Positions 52,749-61,319 of a DNA stretch of 64,000 bases are shown piece after piece. The stretch is from an uncultured Lachnospiraceae bacterium. GTDB lineage: Bacteria > Bacillota > Clostridia > Oscillospirales > CAG-272. The stretch lies in assembly GCA_964582375.1 (NCBI GenBank), contig CAZORL010000004.1, forward strand, positions 18,357 to 82,356, written 5' to 3'. Below the pieces are notes generated by a model, which ran no database searches, was not told where the DNA came from, and saw only the letters and a program-made list of their open reading frames with translations. Positions within the stretch are counted from its first letter, which is position 1. Each line of letters begins with the position of its first letter. The position numbers and the translations under genes are program-made.

Positions 52749-54194
52749 ATGAAAACACTTGTAAAAATACCGCCGGAGATGTTCGGCAGATCGCTTCGTG
52801 ACGCACTCGCACTTTTGGGATGCGAGCTGACTGCCGATTGCGGCGGCAGAGGCACATGCGGCAAGTGTATGGTCTTGCTCGCTGACGGCGAGCTTACCGA
52901 CAAAACGGGTGTGCGCGTGTTGCCGTCGAATATCAAGATCAAAGCATGCGGAATGTTTTGTACCGATCGGGGTGCGACGGTAGAGGTGAATCTGCCGTCA
53001 ATTATCGGCAAGCCGCGTGTGCATTCGAACGATGTCGGAGAGATCGTCTTTGCCGTCGATGTCGGGACGACCGCACTTGCCGCCTCCGCTGTTGACGCCG
53101 CCGACGGCAGAATACTTGCCGAGGTCGAGTGCAAAAATCCGCAGTGTGTCTACGGCGCGGACGTGATGAGCAGAATAACCGCAGCGGAAAAATATCTGCC
53201 AATAATGAACAAGATGCTCATCGATCGCCTTGACGGCATGGTCTTGTCACTTTTTGATGCTTTGGACAGACGACCATACCCGACCGTCGGTGCTTTGGCG
53301 GCAAATCCGACAATGACTGCGCTCGCCTGCGGCATATCGCCTTCACCGATCGGCAGTTATCCGTTTGCTCTTCCTTTCGAGGACAGGATGACGATCACGC
53401 TCCCACACTCGGGTGTCAGACTCACGACTCTTCCGCTCGCATCCGCATTCATCGGTTCGGATGTACTGGTCGGCGCAACTCTTTACGATCTCGACAGGAC
53501 GGATTCCTCGATCCTTTTTGCCGATCTCGGAACTAATGGCGAGATCATCCTTTCAAATAAAGGAGGGATCTGCGCCGCCTCTGCCGCCGCAGGACCTGCC
53601 CTCGAGGGTGCGGGTATCACCTGCGGTATGGCGGCAACCGACGGTGCGATAGTGTCACTGACGGGCACTCCCGACGGACGGCTTATCCCTCATACACTCG
53701 GAGATGTCCCACCCATCGGCATATCGGCAAGCGGACTTTGCGATCTTGTCGCAATACTCACCGAGCTTGGTGAGATCGAACCGTCGGGAGCACTCTCGAC
53801 CGATCCTTTTTATATCGATCGGGATCATCGCGTGTTTATAACAGCCGAGGATGTCCGTGCCATCATGCTTGCCAAAGCCGCATTTCGCGCCGCCTGCGAT
53901 CTTATAATTGAACACGCAGGGCTTGTTTTCGGCGATATCGATACCCTGCTCGTCGCAGGCGGTATTGGGCGATCGCTAAATCGTTTTTCAGCCGCCTCGG
54001 TCGGACTTTTCTCACCGATACTTGCGCCAAAAATAAAATTTGTCGGGAACAGCTCATTGCTCGGTGCCGCGCGAGCCGCTTGGGATAGAAATTTTGTTGA
54101 AAGGATAGAAAATTTGTCAAAAAAGACTGTCACGATCTCGCTTGCCGACTCGTCCTTGTTTAAGGATCGTTTTATCGGAGAGTTGCATTTTTGA
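52749..54194 (+). CDS. 2Fe-2S ferredoxin domain fused to an ASKHA-fold ATPase (DUF4445 / RACo-like corrinoid-activase family), short form
   Basis: The N-terminus has CGGRGTCGKC...C (plant-type ferredoxin pattern). An ASKHA phosphate-1-like segment AVDVGTTALAAS and later DLGTNGEI follow. 481 aa. Confidence 0.65.
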   Translation: MKTLVKIPPEMFGRSLRDALALLGCELTADCGGRGTCGKCMVLLADGELTDKTGVRVLPSNIKIKACGMFCTDRGATVEVNLPSIIGKPRVHSNDVGEIVFAVDVGTTALAASAVDAADGRILAEVECKNPQCVYGADVMSRITAAEKYLPIMNKMLIDRLDGMVLSLFDALDRRPYPTVGALAANPTMTALACGISPSPIGSYPFALPFEDRMTITLPHSGVRLTTLPLASAFIGSDVLVGATLYDLDRTDSSILFADLGTNGEIILSNKGGICAASAAAGPALEGAGITCGMAATDGAIVSLTGTPDGRLIPHTLGDVPPIGISASGLCDLVAILTELGEIEPSGALSTDPFYIDRDHRVFITAEDVRAIMLAKAAFRAACDLIIEHAGLVFGDIDTLLVAGGIGRSLNRFSAASVGLFSPILAPKIKFVGNSSLLGAARAAWDRNFVERIENLSKKTVTISLADSSLFKDRFIGELHF

Positions 54195-54229
54195 AAATGT
54201 AAATTATTTAGCATTTTTACAAAAATCCG

Positions 54230-54258
54230 TTGACAACGGCGTCTATAAATGGTAGAAT
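54230..54258 (+). promoter_or_regulatory. Promoter of the MBOAT-DHHW operon
   Basis: TTGACA, 17 nt, TAGAAT. Confidence 0.55.
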
Positions 54259-54307
54259 AAAGCCATGTGAAAGAAAGGTGTCCCGCAGTGCGGGCGTTAT
54301 GATATAA

Positions 54308-55747
54308 ATGGTATTTTCAAGTCTGATTTTTGTCTTTTGTTTCTTCGTTCTTCATTTTGCCGCAATGGCACTTGCTCCGACTCTGCGAGCCAAAAATGCG
54401 GTGCTCCTCGTGTCATCGCTGATCTTCTATATGTGGGGAGGCGCGGCATATCTCATCCTCATCTGCGGAATGGTCTTTATAAACTATGTCGGCTCGATAA
54501 TTACCGATAAAGCCCCGAATGTGTATTACAGACGTGCGTTTATGATCATCACGGTCTCAGCCGATCTCCTGCTTCTCGCCTACTTTAAGTACACCGGCTT
54601 TCTCGCATCCAATCTGCACGCGCTTATCGGTATACCGAGTGAGATACCGCAGATCGCACTCCCGATCGGTATTTCGTTCTACACATTTCAGCTTCTTTCG
54701 TATACGGTCGATGTTTATCGCCGCGATGTTCCGGCACAAAAGAATTATTTTCTGCTTCTGCTTTACACGACCTCGTTCCATCAGTGTATCGCCGGTCCTA
54801 TCGTTCGATACGCCGATGTCAATGATGAACTTCTCTCCCGCCGTGTCAAAGCGTCCGAACTAAGCGACGGAATAATGCGCTTTTCGATCGGCTTTTCCAA
54901 AAAAGCGATACTTGCAAATACCTGTGCGACGATAGCGGACAAGCTTTTGCCGTATAACACCGAGGCACTGAGGGCAAGCTCGGCGACAGCACTCATGCTC
55001 GGCGCGGCGGCGTATATGTTTCAGATCTATTTTGATTTTTCCGCCTATTCGGATATGGCGATAGGTATGGGACTTATGACGGGCTTTCACTATAAGGAGA
55101 ACTTCAATTATCCGTATACCGCAACGAGTGTGACCGATTTTTGGCGTCGCTGGCATATGTCGCTCTCGTCATTCTTCAGAGATTATGTCTATATTCCGCT
55201 CGGCGGAAGTCGCGTGTCGAAGGGGAGACATATGTTCAACCTTTTAGCTGTTTGGTTTCTTACCGGAATGTGGCATGGTGCAAGCTGGAACTTTATCTTT
55301 TGGGGGCTTTATTTCCTCGTCTTCCTGCTCTTTGAAAAATTTGTCTTGAGGCTCGATACCAAAAAGTCTCCTCGTCCGATAATGCGGATCCCACGCAGGC
55401 TTTATTTGCTTGTTGTAATATTCTTCAGCTGGATATTGTTCAGATTTTCGGATCTTTCAATGCTTTGGACAACGGTATGCGGCATATTCTGCCTGAACGG
55501 CAACAGCTTTTCCGATCCGTCTACCGCACTTCTCTTTAAGAATTATATCTTCCTGCTGATATTTGCGGTCATTGCATGTACACCGCTTTATAAGAAAATT
55601 ATCGAGCGTGCCGCCGCATCATACGGAGATCGCATCAGCATCGCTTATAATGTCTGGATGATCGTCTCCCCGATAATTCTCATTTTCTTCTCGTTTATAT
55701 CCCTTGTCGGCGACAGCTACAATCCGTTTATTTATTTTAATTTCTGA
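54308..55747 (+). CDS. MBOAT family O-acyltransferase (AlgI/DltB/PatA type)
   Basis: Polytopic. FYTFQLLSYTVDVYRR and WRRWHMSLSSFFRDYVYIPLGGSR, with the conserved His. Confidence 0.9.
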   Translation: MVFSSLIFVFCFFVLHFAAMALAPTLRAKNAVLLVSSLIFYMWGGAAYLILICGMVFINYVGSIITDKAPNVYYRRAFMIITVSADLLLLAYFKYTGFLASNLHALIGIPSEIPQIALPIGISFYTFQLLSYTVDVYRRDVPAQKNYFLLLLYTTSFHQCIAGPIVRYADVNDELLSRRVKASELSDGIMRFSIGFSKKAILANTCATIADKLLPYNTEALRASSATALMLGAAAYMFQIYFDFSAYSDMAIGMGLMTGFHYKENFNYPYTATSVTDFWRRWHMSLSSFFRDYVYIPLGGSRVSKGRHMFNLLAVWFLTGMWHGASWNFIFWGLYFLVFLLFEKFVLRLDTKKSPRPIMRIPRRLYLLVVIFFSWILFRFSDLSMLWTTVCGIFCLNGNSFSDPSTALLFKNYIFLLIFAVIACTPLYKKIIERAAASYGDRISIAYNVWMIVSPIILIFFSFISLVGDSYNPFIYFNF

Positions 55748-55779
55748 TGCCCTGAAACTTGAAAAGGAGTTATACCGAA

Positions 55780-57363
55780 ATGAATGATAACAAAGATAAA
55801 AACGATAATCCAAATGATATAAACGATCCCGAAAAGAAGGGCGAGATTGCCGAAGTTTCATCGGAAGAAAGGCAAAAGAAAAAAGTTCGTAAGGTGCGCC
55901 GTCGCGCGATCGTCCTTCAAGTGCAGATCGTCGCACTCTTTTTGGTGGTCTGCTTTGTTCTCGGAGCGTTTTTGCCTCTTCGCCAGACTTTCTCCGAGGA
56001 AGAAAAACGCGAGCTGACCAAATTTCCAACGCCCACATTCGAAACTTTGATGGACGGAAGCTTTTTCTCTCAGCTTGAGCTTTGGTATGCCGACACATAT
56101 CCCTTCAGACAGACGTGGATAAATGTCAATTCGGCGTTTTCGTCGCTTTTCGGCAAAAACGATCAGCAGGTCGTCGGAACATTGCCGAACGGCGGCGAAT
56201 CGATACCGACGGTCAAGACCGACCAAAATATGGATTGGCTGAACCCTCCCATTCCGACCGCCGATCAAACCACCACGAAAAAACCGACAACATCGTCGCA
56301 GACCCCGACAACAACAGATAAGCCGATTACCGATAAGCCGACCACAGATAAGCCGACTACCGACATCCCGATCACACCTCCGATCGATCTGCCGTCCGTA
56401 ACGACAGGAGGCGACAGTACACAAGACCCCGAAAATCTCGAAAAGATCAACGGTGCTTATCTTGACGGCGATACAGCCTACGAGCTTTACGGCTTTAACA
56501 AAAAATCAAGCGACAGATATATCGCGCTCGTAAACGCTCTTGCAAATAAGATGAACGGTAAGGCTACCGTTTATCCGATCGTCGCACCGCTCTCTTACGG
56601 AATCAATCTCGATGCCGCGACACAGAAAAAATACGGAATGTCGGACGAGTCTCAGGCACTGATCTATATGTACTCGAACATGAACGATCTCGTCAAAAAG
56701 GTCTATACCTACAATAACCTGCTCGCTCATAAGGATGAATATCTCTATTTCCGCACCGACCACCACTGGACGGCACTCGGAGCATATTACGCTTATGAGA
56801 TGTTCTGTGCCCATAAGGGAATCGCACCGATACCGCTCTCCGCTTATCAGGAGATCCGCTTTGACGGATTTGTCGGCACGATGTACGCCACCTGCAATAA
56901 CCCGTCCGCAATGAAAGCGAACCCCGACACCGTTTATTCATGGGTTCCCAACGGAACGAATACCATGAAATTCTGGGCGGCAAAGAGTGCAGATCCGACC
57001 AAATGGAATGTCATTCGCGATGTCTCGGGATGGAACTCGTCATCAAAATATAACGCCTTCATCGGCGGCGATAATCCCTACAGCGAGATCCATAACACAA
57101 GCAGAACCGACGGCTCGGCTTGCGTCGTCGTCAAAAATTCCTTCGGAAATGCATTCGTGCCCTTCCTCGTTGACCATTATGAGTATGTGTATGTCGTCGA
57201 TCTGCGCTATTACGATAAGTGGTCGGCAAGCTATAACGGCGGCAAGACCTTCTCACAACTTGTCGATGAAAAGGGAATCGCCGATATACTCATCGTCACG
57301 AACATCATAGCAACAGGATCGTCGGGCATGCTCACGAGTATGGAAACTCTCTTCTCGAAATAA
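55780..57363 (+). CDS. DHHW family protein (AlgX/AlgJ/PatB-like extracytoplasmic partner of MBOAT)
   Basis: N-terminal TM anchor, Thr/Pro linker, and the signature YFRTDHHWTALGAYYAY. The ATG at 55780 follows AAAGGAG, and the ORF-track TTG at 55759 lies just upstream of that RBS. Confidence 0.85.
   Translation: MNDNKDKNDNPNDINDPEKKGEIAEVSSEERQKKKVRKVRRRAIVLQVQIVALFLVVCFVLGAFLPLRQTFSEEEKRELTKFPTPTFETLMDGSFFSQLELWYADTYPFRQTWINVNSAFSSLFGKNDQQVVGTLPNGGESIPTVKTDQNMDWLNPPIPTADQTTTKKPTTSSQTPTTTDKPITDKPTTDKPTTDIPITPPIDLPSVTTGGDSTQDPENLEKINGAYLDGDTAYELYGFNKKSSDRYIALVNALANKMNGKATVYPIVAPLSYGINLDAATQKKYGMSDESQALIYMYSNMNDLVKKVYTYNNLLAHKDEYLYFRTDHHWTALGAYYAYEMFCAHKGIAPIPLSAYQEIRFDGFVGTMYATCNNPSAMKANPDTVYSWVPNGTNTMKFWAAKSADPTKWNVIRDVSGWNSSSKYNAFIGGDNPYSEIHNTSRTDGSACVVVKNSFGNAFVPFLVDHYEYVYVVDLRYYDKWSASYNGGKTFSQLVDEKGIADILIVTNIIATGSSGMLTSMETLFSK
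56314..56388 (+). repeat. 15-nt tandem repeat x5, in frame, encoding the TDKPx linker
   Basis: ACAGATAAGCCGATT ACCGATAAGCCGACC ACAGATAAGCCGACT ACCGACATCCCGATC ACACCTCCGATCGAT. The last two copies are degenerate. Confidence 0.8.
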
Positions 57364-57379
57364 ATCGGAGAATGGCAGG

Positions 57380-58597
57380 ATGAACAGCAATACAAATGAT
57401 GAAAAAAAGGGCGTCTTCCGCACGGTCAGGGATAGGATCGCATGCTCGGCGTTTATTGCAGAGGTCTTTCTCGTATTTCTTTCTGCGATATTTTTCGGAA
57501 TTCTCGGTGCTGCGTCAAAATCAATTTTCGTAGGATTGATAATCGGTGTGCTGATCGGAATTCTCGCGGCGGCGACTTTTATCGACCTTGTCATACTGAT
57601 CAGCCCGATCGAGCTGACAAGAAAAAATCCTCAGGCCATTTTCGCTCAGATTTTGAATGTCGTACTCGGCGTGTTGCTCTCGTGGCTTTGTTCGATAGAT
57701 TTTAACGGCGATTGGTTCACCTCGATCTTCCCGGACGAGAAGCACCTGCCGATCTACTCCGAGGCAACTCCCACGATCGTGGTGCTGATCGCTCTCGGAA
57801 TTGTCGGTTTCCTTGTCTGCAGATTTGTTCCGATGACAAAAATGCCGCCGATACCGACAGCACTTTCGCTTGCCGCACTCTATATCGGCACTGTGATATG
57901 GACAGTTTACGGCATTCAAACGGCAAAGACGGTCTTCCTTGCCATCCCGTCCCTGAATTTTCTGATGCTTACAGGCTACACCCTTCGCCTTGTCGTCTCC
58001 GAAAGGGCAGAGTATGAGCGTGAACATGAACGAAAAAAACTCTCGCCGATCGGTCGATTTTTCACAAAGGCATCGACCCTTCCGCTTGCCGCACTCATTT
58101 TTGCTCTGCCGATGCTTGGACTGATCGTGCTCGTGCTGACGCTTTTCGGTCAAGAACCGAATGCCGCAATACGCGCATGGACCGAGACGGCAGATTGGAC
58201 GTTCTCCGCTCATCCGCGTCCTGCCGATCTGCCGTATGACGGACATTATCTTTGTACCGTCGCGGCACGCGGTCACGGACGGCTCGTCAAGCCTACCCGC
58301 ATCGGAATACGTCACGGTCATAAAATAACCGTAAACCGCCAACTCTCGGTCGCGAATGCGTTCGAGGAGCTGATATCCGAGCGAACGCCCCGATTCCATA
58401 GGGCACTCCGCAGTTTTTACGATAAACACGGCAGACCGATCGCTGAGAAGATCGAGACACCTGTTGCATCGGATGTCACATATCTCGTCATGAAACCGCT
58501 TGAATGGCTGTTTTTGCTTCTGCTCTATACATTCGACAGCACACCCGAGGACAGGATCGCTCTCCAATATCCGCATAGTCCATTCAAAAAAGCCTAA
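57380..58597 (+). CDS. Polytopic membrane protein with a conserved soluble C-terminal domain, function unknown
   Basis: About 8 predicted TM helices, then HYLCTVAARGHGRLVKPTRIGIRHGHKITVNRQLSVANAFEELI. It starts 17 nt after the DHHW stop, with a GGAGAA RBS. Confidence 0.6.
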   Translation: MNSNTNDEKKGVFRTVRDRIACSAFIAEVFLVFLSAIFFGILGAASKSIFVGLIIGVLIGILAAATFIDLVILISPIELTRKNPQAIFAQILNVVLGVLLSWLCSIDFNGDWFTSIFPDEKHLPIYSEATPTIVVLIALGIVGFLVCRFVPMTKMPPIPTALSLAALYIGTVIWTVYGIQTAKTVFLAIPSLNFLMLTGYTLRLVVSERAEYEREHERKKLSPIGRFFTKASTLPLAALIFALPMLGLIVLVLTLFGQEPNAAIRAWTETADWTFSAHPRPADLPYDGHYLCTVAARGHGRLVKPTRIGIRHGHKITVNRQLSVANAFEELISERTPRFHRALRSFYDKHGRPIAEKIETPVASDVTYLVMKPLEWLFLLLLYTFDSTPEDRIALQYPHSPFKKA

Positions 58598-58605
58598 ATA
58601 CATAA

Positions 58606-58638
58606 AATTTATCGGTCAACCGTCGGTTGACCGATAAA
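58606..58638. terminator. Hairpin between convergent genes (membrane protein + / mscL -)
   Basis: 15-bp stem ATTTATCGGTCAACC/GGTTGACCGATAAAT. The T-runs are weak. Confidence 0.6.
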
Positions 58639-58644
58639 TCTGCG

Positions 58645-59217
58645 TTATTTGTCCTGCTTTTTCTCTTCGGGGAGCGTCCCGTTGGCAATCTGCAATTCCT
58701 TGAGGATCGACGCCAAAAGTTCGCTGTCTGTCGGCTTTTTCGGCTCTTCTTTCTTCGGAGGCTCCGGCTCCGGCTCTTTCAGCTTCCAGAACAGAAACCG
58801 CTTGCGACGCCGAATGCCCGCTTTTGCCGCCTCCTCGACCTTGTCAACATGCTTTTTGAATGATTTTATGACCTTGAGCACGATAAACACAAACAGTGCC
58901 GTTATCAAGAATTGTATGATCGCTTGGATGAAACTGCCGTAACTGACTGCGATCTCGGTGGCAGTGACCTCGCCTGCCTCGTTCGTGACGGCAGGGCGGA
59001 GAATAAAATTAAGCTCGCTGAGATTGATGTCGCTGATAAAATAGTTTATAAACGGCGTGATGATGTTGTTGGCAAGCGATGTCACGATCGCGTTGAAGGT
59101 AGAGCCGATGACGATCGCGGCGGCAAGATCGAATATGTTTCCTTTGTTGATGAATTTCTTAAATTCGCTGTGATACTCTGTTATGTTTTGCGATTTCTTT
59201 TTGCTCTTCTTTGACAT
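58645..59217 (-). CDS. mscL: Large-conductance mechanosensitive channel MscL (extended termini)
   Basis: FKKFINKGNIFDLAAAIVIGSTFNAIVTSLANNIITP and a second TM helix. The C-terminus is Pro/Glu/Lys-rich. The ATG at 59217 follows GGAGGTGT. Confidence 0.88.
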   Translation of the reverse strand: MSKKSKKKSQNITEYHSEFKKFINKGNIFDLAAAIVIGSTFNAIVTSLANNIITPFINYFISDINLSELNFILRPAVTNEAGEVTATEIAVSYGSFIQAIIQFLITALFVFIVLKVIKSFKKHVDKVEEAAKAGIRRRKRFLFWKLKEPEPEPPKKEEPKKPTDSELLASILKELQIANGTLPEEKKQDK

Positions 59218-59239
59218 TTCACACCTCCGATTTTTACAT

Positions 59240-59268
59240 ATTTTATCACAAGCGACCGACTTTGTCAA
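59240..59268 (-). promoter_or_regulatory. mscL promoter
   Basis: On the minus strand: TTGACA (59268-59263), 17 nt, TAAAAT (59245-59240). Confidence 0.55.
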
Positions 59269-59318
59269 TATGAAACCCCGAAAATAAAGAAATATTTTTT
59301 TATTTTTACAGATAACGG

Positions 59319-59347
59319 TTGATTTTTGGCAAATAATATGCTACAAT
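59319..59347 (+). promoter_or_regulatory. sufC-sufBD promoter
   Basis: TTGATT, 17 nt, TACAAT. Confidence 0.5.
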
Positions 59348-59424
59348 ATAAAGGTGTGTAATAACACTTTTGGATAAATAAAGTATAACATGAAAGGATG
59401 CTCAAAGCAGCATAGCCAAGTAAA

Positions 59425-60141
59425 ATGCTTGAAATAAAAAATCTGTCTTATTCAGTCGGCGGGGTGTCTATCCTTCACGATATTAACCTCACCGTAAATG
59501 AACGCTTCGTTGCCATAACGGGACCTAACGGCTCGGGTAAATCGACACTCGCAAAGCTGATTGCCGGAATAATCACCCCTGACTGCGGTCAGATCATTCT
59601 CGACGGTAAGGATATAACTGATTTGTCGGTCACCGACAGAGCAAGGGCGGGTATCAGCTTCGCCTTCCAACAGCCGGTTAGATTTAAGGGGATCACCGTT
59701 ATCGACCTGCTCTCGCTCGCAAGCGGCAAAAAGCTCTCTGCCGCCGCCGCATGCGCATATCTCTCCGAGGTCGGGCTTTGCGCAAAGGATTATGTCAACC
59801 GTGAGGTCAATGCCTCGCTTTCTGGCGGCGAACTCAAGAGGATCGAGATAGCAATGGCACTCGCCCGTTCGACCTCTCTGACCGTTTTTGATGAGCCTGA
59901 GGCGGGCATCGATCTTTGGTCGTTCAACAGCCTTATAAAAGTTTTTGAGTCCATGTACGAAAAAACTCGCGGCTCTATCATGATAATCTCGCACCAGGAA
60001 AGAATACTTAATATTGCCGATAAGATCGTTCTTCTGCGCGCGGGCGAGATCGAAAAGATCGGTACAAAGGATGAGATAATGCCAGCACTTCTCTCAAACG
60101 GTATATCGTCGGCAGGATGTCGCTTAACCGAGGGAAATTGA
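59425..60141 (+). CDS. sufC: SufC-like Fe-S cluster assembly ABC ATPase
   Basis: Walker A GPNGSGKST, signature LSGGELKR, Walker B LTVFDEPEAGID. It is paired with a SufB/D-like gene. No obvious RBS precedes the ATG. Confidence 0.75.
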   Translation: MLEIKNLSYSVGGVSILHDINLTVNERFVAITGPNGSGKSTLAKLIAGIITPDCGQIILDGKDITDLSVTDRARAGISFAFQQPVRFKGITVIDLLSLASGKKLSAAAACAYLSEVGLCAKDYVNREVNASLSGGELKRIEIAMALARSTSLTVFDEPEAGIDLWSFNSLIKVFESMYEKTRGSIMIISHQERILNIADKIVLLRAGEIEKIGTKDEIMPALLSNGISSAGCRLTEGN

Positions 60142-60157
60142 AAGGAGATCGCCGAGA

Positions 60158-61084
60158 ATGGAACTTGATAAAATACAACTTGAGCTTTTGAAGCAGGTCG
60201 CCGATCTCGAGGGTATCCCGAAGGGCGCGTATAACCTCCGCGTGGACGGCAAATCGTTCGGCAGGCGTGACAGCGAGCATATACACATTGTCCCGAAGAC
60301 CGACGGCAAATCGGGTATCGATATCTATATCGATGAGGGCACGAAAAACGAGTCGGTTCATATCCCCGTAATTCTCGATCAGACCGGACTGCACGATATG
60401 GTCTATAACGATTTCCATGTCGCAAAGGGTGCGGATGTCGTTATCGTCGCAGGATGCGGCATCGATAACTGCGGCAGCGGCAGTTCTGAGCACAGCGGAA
60501 TACATTCATTCTACCTCGATGAGGGCGCAAGGGTCAAGTATATCGAAAAGCATTACGGACAGGGAAGCGGTGACGGCGAGAGAGTAATGAACCCCAAAAC
60601 CGTCGTTCACCTTGCCAAGGACGCATATATGCTCATGGAGACCGCACAGATCGGCGGTATCGATTCCACTGAACGCTCGACCGAGGCAAAGGTTGGGCAG
60701 GGCGCGACACTTGTTGTCCATGAAAAGATCATGACTCACGGCAGACAACACGCAAATACCGACTTTGAGGTCGAGCTTTGCGGCGACGATGCAACAGCCC
60801 ATGTCGTCTCACGTTCGGTCGCAAAAGAAGATTCGACACAGCAGTTCAATTCGCATGTCGTCGGCAGTGCGCGCTGTAACGGCAGAACCGAGTGTGACGC
60901 AATTATCATGGATAACGCACGCGTCGGAGCAATTCCTCAGATCGTTGCCGCACATCCCGAAGCGGCACTCGTTCATGAGGCTGCGATCGGCAGGATCGCG
61001 GGCGAACAGCTGATAAAGCTTATGACCCTCGGACTTACCGAAAAAGAGGCTGAAAACGAGATAATAAACGGATTTCTCAAATAA
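60158..61084 (+). CDS. SufB/SufD family Fe-S assembly scaffold protein (short form)
   Basis: 308 aa with a beta-helix-type repetitive core and the C-terminal motif EAALVHEAAIGRIAGEQLIKLMTLGLTEKEAENEIINGFL, typical of SufB/SufD. Confidence 0.7.
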   Translation: MELDKIQLELLKQVADLEGIPKGAYNLRVDGKSFGRRDSEHIHIVPKTDGKSGIDIYIDEGTKNESVHIPVILDQTGLHDMVYNDFHVAKGADVVIVAGCGIDNCGSGSSEHSGIHSFYLDEGARVKYIEKHYGQGSGDGERVMNPKTVVHLAKDAYMLMETAQIGGIDSTERSTEAKVGQGATLVVHEKIMTHGRQHANTDFEVELCGDDATAHVVSRSVAKEDSTQQFNSHVVGSARCNGRTECDAIIMDNARVGAIPQIVAAHPEAALVHEAAIGRIAGEQLIKLMTLGLTEKEAENEIINGFLK

Positions 61085-61104
61085 ATATATAATATCAAAT
61101 ATCA

Positions 61105-61142
61105 CCTCGAAACGACAACCGAAGTTTCGGGGTAATATTTTT
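61105..61142 (+). terminator. suf terminator
   Basis: Stem CCTCGAAAC/GTTTCGGGG (one G-U pair) followed by TAATATTTTT. Confidence 0.65.
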
Positions 61143-61149
61143 GTGCTCT

Positions 61150-61176
61150 TTAGCACTCTATATTCACGAGTGCTAA
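61150..61176 (+). promoter_or_regulatory. CIRCE element (HrcA operator)
   Basis: TTAGCACTC-tatattcac-GAGTGCTAA is a perfect match to the consensus TTAGCACTC-N9-GAGTGCTAA. It lies 144 nt upstream of the hsp20 ATG. Confidence 0.9.
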
Positions 61177-61319
61177 CAGTTTACATAAAAATAATATGAA
61201 TGTAACAAAATATCCGAAAATACGGGTTATAATATAAGTGTCGATAGGAAATCGACAAGCACTCACGACAAGTGATTGCGAAAACGCTTACAAGCTAACA
61301 AACAAAGGAGGATTTTATT

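Noticed and set aside
57521-58603. A 360-aa antisense ORF opposite the 405-aa membrane protein gene.
   Set aside because: It is again codon-aligned with the sense gene (58601 - 57380 is divisible by 3). Its composition is Arg/Cys-rich and it has no translation signals, so it is a shadow ORF.
59218-59268. The ORF-track N-terminal extension of mscL (MTKSVACDKICKNRRCE...).
   Set aside because: It would begin inside the mscL -35 element. The ATG at 59217 is preceded by GGAGGTGT and yields a sensible MscL N-terminus.
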